Assembly (NCBI GenBank): GCA_964503465.1
Contig: CAZCYZ010000001.1
Location: forward strand, 17,583-81,582
Origin: an uncultured Gammaproteobacteria bacterium
GTDB taxonomy: Bacteria > Patescibacteriota > Microgenomatia > UBA12405
Reading direction: 5' to 3'
DNA length: 64,000 nt
Numbering within the stretch: position 1 is the stretch's first letter; each line of letters opens with the position of its first letter. The notes under the pieces were generated by a model. The model saw only the letters and a list, made by a program, of their open reading frames with translations, had not been told where the DNA came from and ran no database searches. The translations under genes and the position numbers were made by a program. Of the stretch, positions 57,105 through 64,000 are shown piece by piece.

Positions 57105-58100
57105 ATGTTTACTACTGCCCGTTTTAAGCTGACTGCCTGGTACCTGCTCATTATTATGTTTATTAGTTTTTTCTTTAGTGCCATTATCTTTCGTATGGTT
57201 AGTTTTGAAATTGAACGTTTTGCCAATCGTCAGCGTCTTCGAGTTGAGGGACCATTCTTTCAACAGGATTTTCTTCTCCCCGACATTGAGTTGATCAACG
57301 AAACCAAACAACGTTTCCTTACCACCCTTGGAATTGTTAATGGTGGTATTTTGATTATCTCTGGAGCTGCTGCTTATTACCTTGCCGGTAAAACCCTACA
57401 ACCCATCCAGGAAATGGTTGACGAGCAAAATCGTTTTATTTCCGATTCTTCCCACGAACTTCGTACTCCACTAGCCTCCCTCAAAACTGCTTTTGAGGTT
57501 AATCTACGTGATCGTCGGTTGACTCTCGCTACCGCCAAACAACTTATTACTGACAGTATTGACGAGGTTAATCGACTTCAATCACTTTCCGATGAGCTTT
57601 TAACCCTGGCTTCTTATCAAAAACCTAACGGCCATACCATTCTTACTGCTGTTGATATCAAACTTATTATTTCCGAAGCAGTTAAAAAAATTAAACCACT
57701 AGCCGCCAACAAGTCAATTACTCTAAAGTGTTCCCCCGTCAATTTGTCGGTTTTGGGCAACCGTCACAGCCTTGTTGATCTTTTTGTTATTCTCCTTGAC
57801 AATGCCGTCAAATACAGTCCTCCCAAAACTACTATTCACATATTCTCTCAAAGCCACCACCATCACCTTGATGTTTCAGTGTCCGATCAAGGTCCTGGTA
57901 TCGACCCCAAAGATATTCCTCACCTCTTTGATCGTTTCTATCGAGCTGATTCTTCTCGTACCCAGACTAATATTTCTGGCTATGGTCTGGGTCTCTCCAT
58001 CGCCAAAAAAATTGCCGATCAACATCATGCCTCAATCAAGGTTGACAGCCAATTAAACAAAGGTAGTACCTTTACAGTTAAACTTCAGCTGGCGGGCTGA
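57105..58100 (+). CDS. sensor histidine kinase
   Basis: SHELRTP, DNAVKY, DQGPGI, GLGLSI. Confidence 0.95.
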   Translation: MFTTARFKLTAWYLLIIMFISFFFSAIIFRMVSFEIERFANRQRLRVEGPFFQQDFLLPDIELINETKQRFLTTLGIVNGGILIISGAAAYYLAGKTLQPIQEMVDEQNRFISDSSHELRTPLASLKTAFEVNLRDRRLTLATAKQLITDSIDEVNRLQSLSDELLTLASYQKPNGHTILTAVDIKLIISEAVKKIKPLAANKSITLKCSPVNLSVLGNRHSLVDLFVILLDNAVKYSPPKTTIHIFSQSHHHHLDVSVSDQGPGIDPKDIPHLFDRFYRADSSRTQTNISGYGLGLSIAKKIADQHHASIKVDSQLNKGSTFTVKLQLAG

Positions 58101-58109
58101 CAATATCAT

Positions 58110-59273
58110 ATGCCACAAAAATACAAACTAATTGCTCTAGTAATCCTTTTAGTGTTAGGATTTACAGTCTATTTTCGTTTCTTTACTCCCAAAAAGGCTA
58201 CTTCACAGTACCAAACTTCAACTGTCTCCCGTGACAATCTTATTGCCACGGTCTCTGTCTCGGGTTCCGTTTCCAGTTCCAACAGTACTCTCATCACCAC
58301 CTCTGCCACTGGTGTCGTCACCAAAGTTTTTGTCAAAGACGGTGACACTGTTAAAACTGGTCAAAAAGTTGCACAAATTGAACTTGATCTTGTTGGTCAA
58401 CAAAATGCTCAATCAGCTTATTCTTCGTATCAGAGTGCCAAAAATTCTCTTGTCTCAGCCGAAAACGGCCTTCGGTCTGCCGAGGCCTCCCTGGCGGTCA
58501 CCTATGATCAGGTTAAAGGACACGATACCGATGAAACTCTGGCTCAAAAAGAAACTCGTACCAAAGCTGAAGTCTCCAAAGACAATGCCTATCTTGGTGT
58601 CGTCAATGCCAAAGCCAACATTTCTTCAGCCTGGCTTAAATATCAACAAAGCTCTTCCATTATATATGCCCCAATTTCTGGAACCATTTCTGGGTTAACT
58701 CTCCAGCCAGGAACAATTATTACCTCTACTAATGGCGCCAAAATTGCTAATGTCAAAACCCAAGCAAAACCACTTATTACTGCCAATTTAACCGAAGTCG
58801 ATGTTGCCAAAGTCAAACTTAATCAAAAAGCCACCATCACCTTTGATTCCATTACTGACAAAACCTTTACCGGTACTGTCTCCAGTATCGACACCGTCGG
58901 TGCAGTCAGTTCTGGGGTAACTTCTTATCCCATTGCTATTTCCCTTGATGTGGACAACAACAGTCTTTTCCCCAATATGGCCGCTACTGCCAAAATTGTC
59001 GTTGATACTCGCGATCAAGTTTTGGTTGTTCCTTCATCGGCCATCAAAACTACCAACGGTCAAACTACCGTTCAAACTTACAACAACCAAACATTAGCTA
59101 CAATTGAGATAGAATCCGGCCTCACTGATGGTTCTTACACCGAAATAATCTCTGGCCTTAATGAGGGTGATGTGATTATTACCTCCACTTCTACTTCCAC
59201 CCCCAGTCGTTCCCAGATGGGTTCTTCTCAGTCAGTTTTTGGTGGTGGTAATTTTATGAGAATGGGGCGTTAA
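58110..59273 (+). CDS. efflux periplasmic adaptor (MacA-like)
   Basis: G.V..V.VK.GD.V..GQ, APISG, GL.EGD. Confidence 0.88.
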   Translation: MPQKYKLIALVILLVLGFTVYFRFFTPKKATSQYQTSTVSRDNLIATVSVSGSVSSSNSTLITTSATGVVTKVFVKDGDTVKTGQKVAQIELDLVGQQNAQSAYSSYQSAKNSLVSAENGLRSAEASLAVTYDQVKGHDTDETLAQKETRTKAEVSKDNAYLGVVNAKANISSAWLKYQQSSSIIYAPISGTISGLTLQPGTIITSTNGAKIANVKTQAKPLITANLTEVDVAKVKLNQKATITFDSITDKTFTGTVSSIDTVGAVSSGVTSYPIAISLDVDNNSLFPNMAATAKIVVDTRDQVLVVPSSAIKTTNGQTTVQTYNNQTLATIEIESGLTDGSYTEIISGLNEGDVIITSTSTSTPSRSQMGSSQSVFGGGNFMRMGR

Positions 59274-59275
59274 AT

Positions 59276-59980
59276 ATGGTAAAGGATTCTCTCATCCGCA
59301 TCGAAAAATTATCAAAAATTTATCGAACCGATATTTTGGAAACTGTCGCTTTGTCAAATGTCTCTTTTAAGATCGACAAAGGGGAATATGTTGCCATTAT
59401 GGGACCATCAGGTAGTGGCAAGTCGACTCTAATGCACATCTTGGGTGCCCTCGATCTTCCTACTAGCGGCAAATACTACCTTAATGGTCACGATGTTGGC
59501 TCACTTTCTGATGATCAATTGGCCGATATTCGTAACCGTCAAATCGGTTTTATCTTCCAGTTTTTTAATCTACTTCCTCGAACTACCACTGTCAAAAATG
59601 TTGTTTTACCAATGATTTATGCTGGTATTCCAGCTGATTTGCGCCTTCAAAGGGCCATCAAACTTTTGACACTCGTCGGATTGGGTGACCACCTCCATCA
59701 TCTTAGTAATCAACTTTCCGGAGGCCAACAACAACGTGTTGCCATTGCTCGGGCTTTAACCATGGATCCATCCATAATTTTGGCCGATGAACCTACTGGC
59801 AACATTGCCTCAGCTCAAGCCGAAGAAGTTATGTCCATCTTCCAAAAACTCAATGATAATGGCCATACCATTATTGTTATTACTCACGAACCTGATATTG
59901 CCGATCACGCCAAAAGAATCATTCTTCTTAAAGATGGCAAAATTGCATTCGATAAATATCAAAAACAAAAAAGAACATGA
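59276..59980 (+). CDS. ABC ATPase (MacB/LolD-like)
   Basis: [23 protein letters not shown]. Confidence 0.95.
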   Translation: MVKDSLIRIEKLSKIYRTDILETVALSNVSFKIDKGEYVAIMGPSGSGKSTLMHILGALDLPTSGKYYLNGHDVGSLSDDQLADIRNRQIGFIFQFFNLLPRTTTVKNVVLPMIYAGIPADLRLQRAIKLLTLVGLGDHLHHLSNQLSGGQQQRVAIARALTMDPSIILADEPTGNIASAQAEEVMSIFQKLNDNGHTIIVITHEPDIADHAKRIILLKDGKIAFDKYQKQKRT

Positions 59981-61200
59981 AAATAGCCGAATTAATTTCC
60001 GAAAGTCTCGCCACTCTTACTCTTAATAAAGTTCGTACCGGTTTGGCGGCCTTGGGTATTGTTATTGGTATTGGTAGTGTTATTGCTTTAGTTTCTTTGG
60101 GTCAAGCCACCCAGAAATCCATTCAAAATCAAATCGAATCACTTGGATCAAACCTTTTAACTATCCAGCCCGGATCGATTAACCAAGGTGGAGTCCGTGG
60201 TGCCATGGGTGGTCGTACCACTTTAACTCTTGATGATGCTAAGGCTATTGCCTCTTCCGCCCAAATTACCACTATCAAAACTGTTTCTCCTGAAGTATCC
60301 AATCGTTCCCAAATCACCGCCGGCGGCAACAACACTAACACTCAAATTATTGGAGCCACCCCTCAATATGCCCAAGTTCACAAAGTTAGCATTAGTAATG
60401 GTTCTTTTATTTCCCAGTCCGACAATGATTCCATCAGTCGGGTAGCTGTGCTCGGGCCCCAAGTAGTTACCGATCTGTTTGGTGAAGGTAGTAATCCCAT
60501 CGGTCAATCAATCCGAATTAATCGTCAAAGTTTTGTTATTGTTGGAATTACTACCACCAAGGGCGGTACTGGTTTCAATAATCAGGACGATATTGTCTAC
60601 GTTCCTCTGTCTACTGCTCAAAAACAGCTTTTTGGTCAAAGTTATCTCGGTTCTATTGCCCTTGAAGCCAATAGTGCCGATATCATGACTGCTGCTCAAG
60701 ACGAAGTTGGATATTTTCTTTTAGCCCGTCACCAAATCTCTGATCCCACCAAGGCCGATTTTTCTATCATGTCCCAACAGGACATTATCAACACTGTCGC
60801 CAACACTACTGGCACCTTCACTACCCTGCTTTCTGGTATTGCCGCTATTTCCCTCATTGTTGGTGGTATCGGCATCATGAATATTATGCTGGTTACCGTC
60901 ACTGAACGTACTCGTGAAATTGGCCTTCGTAAGGCTCTTGGAGCCAAAAAGAAAACTATTACTCTTCAATTTCTTATTGAATCGGTTATTCTCACCTTTG
61001 TTGGTGGCATTATCGGAGTTATTGTCGGTATTATTGCTTCTTTTGTTATTTCCAGGTTAACCTCTTCATTATTTGTTATTTCCCCATTCTCTATTCTTTT
61101 GGCTTTTGCTGTTTCCGCCGCTATTGGCATTATCTTTGGTTGGTATCCCGCCAACCGTGCCTCAAATCTCCAGCCCATCGAAGCTCTAAGATATGAATAA
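59977..61200 (+). CDS. ABC permease (MacB/FtsX-like)
   Basis: GGIGIMNIMLVTVTERTREIGLRKALGA, PIEALRYE. Confidence 0.95.
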   Translation: MKIAELISESLATLTLNKVRTGLAALGIVIGIGSVIALVSLGQATQKSIQNQIESLGSNLLTIQPGSINQGGVRGAMGGRTTLTLDDAKAIASSAQITTIKTVSPEVSNRSQITAGGNNTNTQIIGATPQYAQVHKVSISNGSFISQSDNDSISRVAVLGPQVVTDLFGEGSNPIGQSIRINRQSFVIVGITTTKGGTGFNNQDDIVYVPLSTAQKQLFGQSYLGSIALEANSADIMTAAQDEVGYFLLARHQISDPTKADFSIMSQQDIINTVANTTGTFTTLLSGIAAISLIVGGIGIMNIMLVTVTERTREIGLRKALGAKKKTITLQFLIESVILTFVGGIIGVIVGIIASFVISRLTSSLFVISPFSILLAFAVSAAIGIIFGWYPANRASNLQPIEALRYE

Positions 61201-61257
61201 TCAGTCTCTTTTCAGCTTGCTGGCTTATTATAATTTCAATTAGATATTCATCTAACA

Positions 61258-61734
61258 GTGGAAAAAACAAAAACCGATCAAAAAACCATTATTTTCGTTC
61301 TTCTTCTGGTTATTTTCTCCGGCATTTCCTTTTTTGCTGGTACTAAGTATCAGCAATCAAAAGTCCCCAATTTTGCTAATCGAGATTTTCGTCAGCAAAT
61401 GGGTGCTGGCCCCAACGGTTTCGGGAATGGTAATGGCGCTGCTAACCGTCAACGTTTTGGCGGTGGTCAAATTATGGGAGAAATTCTAAGCCAGGATGAC
61501 AAATCAATTACGGTTAAATTAGCCGATGGTAGTTCCAAAATAATTCTTTTTTCCAGCAACACCTCAATTAATAAAGCCTCAGAGGCCACTCAAACTGATT
61601 TAAAAGTTGGTGAAAAAGTTGCTGTCTTTGGTACCACCAACAGTGACGGTTCGGTTACCGCCCAAAACATTCAACTTAATCCAATTTTTCGTCAACCAAA
61701 CTTACCGCAAACTACCACTTCACCAATCCAATAA
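61258..61734 (+). CDS. DUF5666-like membrane-anchored protein
   Basis: F.AG.KYQ, GEI...D..SITV...DGSSK, DGSV.AQ.IQ. Confidence 0.7.
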   Translation: MEKTKTDQKTIIFVLLLVIFSGISFFAGTKYQQSKVPNFANRDFRQQMGAGPNGFGNGNGAANRQRFGGGQIMGEILSQDDKSITVKLADGSSKIILFSSNTSINKASEATQTDLKVGEKVAVFGTTNSDGSVTAQNIQLNPIFRQPNLPQTTTSPIQ

Positions 61735-62278
61735 GACTTTTCCAGTTTTGACTCAAAAACCAGATAGTGGTTATGGCTATACTCGGGAACACCACCCAAT
61801 TTTCAAACCACTTTCCGGTTTTTATTCGCCAGCTTCTTATCGGCGGGATACCAAATTTCACCTTTAGAGGAAACAGTAGTGGCAAACCCTCCTCCGTTAA
61901 GCTATCAAGGATTAAATGGGATCCATAACCAATCATTACGGCCGCCACCACATACCCACTATCAACAAAGTTTGGGTTAAAAATTATCGGGATTAACCAG
62001 TTAATTAACTGATATACCAATACTACTCCCAGCGCCGAATGTGAAATCGTGCGATGCGACAAAAACAAATCTTTCACCACTTCTCCAATAAAATCGCCTC
62101 CCGGCAATAAATCCCACAATCGATTAGAAGCCTGGTCAATATCTGGCAGTAAAGCTCCGACAATATTGGCCACTACCACCACCAACACCGTCACTAAACT
62201 TATTTGTTCCAGGGGAAAATATATCGCTGCCACCACCAAAGACTCAAAGGCAAACAGGTCGTGAGTTCTTGACAACAT
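61712..62278 (-). CDS. YdjM-like metal-dependent membrane hydrolase
   Basis: TH, LPDID, HRTISHS, SHLILDSLT..G.P. Confidence 0.88.
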   Translation of the reverse strand: MLSRTHDLFAFESLVVAAIYFPLEQISLVTVLVVVVANIVGALLPDIDQASNRLWDLLPGGDFIGEVVKDLFLSHRTISHSALGVVLVYQLINWLIPIIFNPNFVDSGYVVAAVMIGYGSHLILDSLTEEGLPLLFPLKVKFGIPPIRSWRIKTGKWFENWVVFPSIAITTIWFLSQNWKSLIGLVKW

Positions 62279-62661
62279 TACTTCACCTCAAACCAGTCTA
62301 TTGGTGTCCTGTCATCGGGTTCACCGTTATAGTTGACCAAAATTTCTTCTCCCTTTCTAATTGGTTTAATCGCTCGGTAAACCATACATCCAGTCTTGAA
62401 ATTTTGTTTCCAATCGGCGTTTGGTTCGTACGAGTGGTTATATACCGACCCATACCCCATTACCATCGCCGCTCCGCGGGTACTTCTCCAAGGATAAATG
62501 TATGTTCCCAAAATTGTTTTCTCGCAGTGTTTTCTCTCTTTAGTATTTAGCTTTATCACCGGACAACTTTCAATTATTTCACCTTCTTTAAAATCCTTTC
62601 CAGCAAATATTCCCCAACCTTTAAGCTTATTTATTCTTCTTGCTACTATTTTTAGTTTCAT
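62278..62661 (-). CDS. SET-domain methyltransferase
   Basis: GWGIFA, YNHSYEPN, I.KGEEI..NY. Confidence 0.9.
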   Translation of the reverse strand: MKLKIVARRINKLKGWGIFAGKDFKEGEIIESCPVIKLNTKERKHCEKTILGTYIYPWRSTRGAAMVMGYGSVYNHSYEPNADWKQNFKTGCMVYRAIKPIRKGEEILVNYNGEPDDRTPIDWFEVK

Positions 62662-62686
62662 TTTTCTAGTTTATCATTTCAAATCA

Positions 62687-63082
62687 TTATGGTCCGGTGG
62701 CAATCTTGGTAATTTTCCAATCATCGTTATCTTTGGTTAACTCTATCCATCTTACATTTACTCCCTCTGTCCAGAAACCTTCATTTATTATTCCCACTTC
62801 AATTTCGACTCGAAACAAATTATCTTTTTCCGGTTTAACGCTCAAAATCTTAAACTTAGTAAACTGCTCAAATTGTTTTTTCCATTCCTGTCTATCTTCG
62901 TCAGTAGCTATGTTGTCGCGACTGATCATGGCCACCACCTTGTCGATTTGTTTGGTACTTATTGCTTCTCCAAAGTTTCGAATCGTCTTTTCCTGGACAG
63001 ACAACAATGGGACAGCTGTTTTTTGACACCCGCCCATTACCCAAGTCAACCCGAACGCTAAAAAAACATTAACAAATTTCAT
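62687..63082 (-). CDS. putative lipoprotein (NTF2-like)
   Basis: Lipobox MGGC and C-terminal WKI..IATGP. Confidence 0.65.
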   Translation of the reverse strand: MKFVNVFLAFGLTWVMGGCQKTAVPLLSVQEKTIRNFGEAISTKQIDKVVAMISRDNIATDEDRQEWKKQFEQFTKFKILSVKPEKDNLFRVEIEVGIINEGFWTEGVNVRWIELTKDNDDWKITKIATGP

Positions 63083-63114
63083 CCTGATCCAATTATAACT
63101 GTTACACTAATATT

Positions 63115-63696
63115 GTGAACGCCATTATCTATGCGTTTATCCTATTAGCCTCTATCAATCTTTTTGTTTTGGACTATTTTGTTTTTTCTAAGCCCGTCAC
63201 CCCATCGGTGCCAATTCCTTCTCCCACTTCAATCCCCACCCCCACCCAAATTGCCGTCAACCCCAGTCCTACTATCACTCCAACTGTCACTCTATCTACT
63301 AAACCTACCTCCATTCCCAAAACGTCAAAATCTGTCTCTTATTTTCCCATCCCAGGTAGCGGCAGCATCCTTTCCACCAAGTGGGCTGATGTTAGCGGCA
63401 CCGACTTTTACTTCGACACCAACGACTATCCTTCACTGGCGGAATCATATTTTAGTGCCAGCATCCGTCTCTTCAACGGTAATGGTACTGCTTTTGTTCG
63501 CCTTTTTGATGTTACTGCCGGCATCGAAGTCTGGGGCAGTGAAGTCAAAACCAATAGTCAAAGTTTTACTTTTGTTACCTCAGACAGACTCACTCTTCGA
63601 TCTGGCAACCATCTCTATCGAGTTCAAGCTAAATCCCTAACTGCTGATACCACTGTCTTTAATTCCGGTCAATTACGTCTTATCTCTTCACAATAG
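63115..63696 (+). CDS. membrane-anchored hypothetical protein with Pro/Thr linker
   Basis: TM helix, PT-rich stalk and beta-rich domain. Confidence 0.65.
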   Translation: MNAIIYAFILLASINLFVLDYFVFSKPVTPSVPIPSPTSIPTPTQIAVNPSPTITPTVTLSTKPTSIPKTSKSVSYFPIPGSGSILSTKWADVSGTDFYFDTNDYPSLAESYFSASIRLFNGNGTAFVRLFDVTAGIEVWGSEVKTNSQSFTFVTSDRLTLRSGNHLYRVQAKSLTADTTVFNSGQLRLISSQ

Positions 63697-63701
63697 ACGA
63701 G

Positions 63702-63733
63702 CAAGAGGCTGGCACTGGGATACCAGCCTCTTA
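63702..63733. terminator. hairpin between convergent genes
   Basis: AAGAGGCTGG-N10-CCAGCCTCTT. Confidence 0.6.
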
Positions 63734-63735
63734 CA

Positions 63736-64000
63736 CTAATCATGGTTCCATCTTTTTACCCATAGGGCAGTTGCTATCAGCACTATTGCTGATATTGCCC
63801 AAATTTGGGTTAGTTCAAACCACCTAGTTAGCCACCCGGATATCAACAATCCTACTATTGCTCCGATTGACCCTGCCGCTGATTTTAGTGAGTTTTTGGT
63901 GTTTCGTACATTGTTTTCTACTCTCCTATTAAAGTAGCCCCACAAAATTGGACCAATACCTCCACGGCCAATCTCGTGCAACAAAAACACTCCCACCAGT
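63736..64000 (-). CDS. MFS transporter C-terminus (truncated by the window edge)
   Basis: HEIGRG...Y.N......R.T..S and terminal TMs. Confidence 0.6.
   Translation of the reverse strand, partial: LVGVFLLHEIGRGGIGPILWGYFNRRVENNVRNTKNSLKSAAGSIGAIVGLLISGWLTRWFELTQIWAISAIVLIATALWVKRWNHD

Overview
This is a 64-kb bacterial chromosomal segment. Gene content, strong strand asymmetry and apparent leaderless genes suggest a CPR/Patescibacteria (Microgenomates-like) genome; this is an inference. Housekeeping genes include tsaD, a tsaC-tsaE fusion, rplY, trpS, an Xer-like recombinase, dnaG and rpoD, plus five tRNA or tRNA-like genes. Accessory content includes transporters, an arsP/arsEFG-like cluster, GH130 enzymes, an OmpR/kinase/MacAB locus and an ORFan-rich island after tRNA-Asn. 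Five things stand out. (1) A Trp-Trp leader-peptide attenuator heads an apparent operon of a non-canonical tRNA-Trp(CCA), a 36-aa peptide, an unknown HUP-like protein, a YbaK-TrpRS fusion and an MFS transporter. (2) Two independent small GIY-YIG nuclease genes sit beside intact tRNAs and are bracketed by tRNA-derived direct repeats carrying palindromes; one cassette carries a rare tRNA-Ile(UAU). (3) A small hairpin repeat family is inserted in-frame in t6A-pathway genes. (4) A candidate OmpR regulon motif occurs at four sites. (5) Leaderless promoter geometry is widespread. All product calls come from motif recognition by eye, with no database searches.
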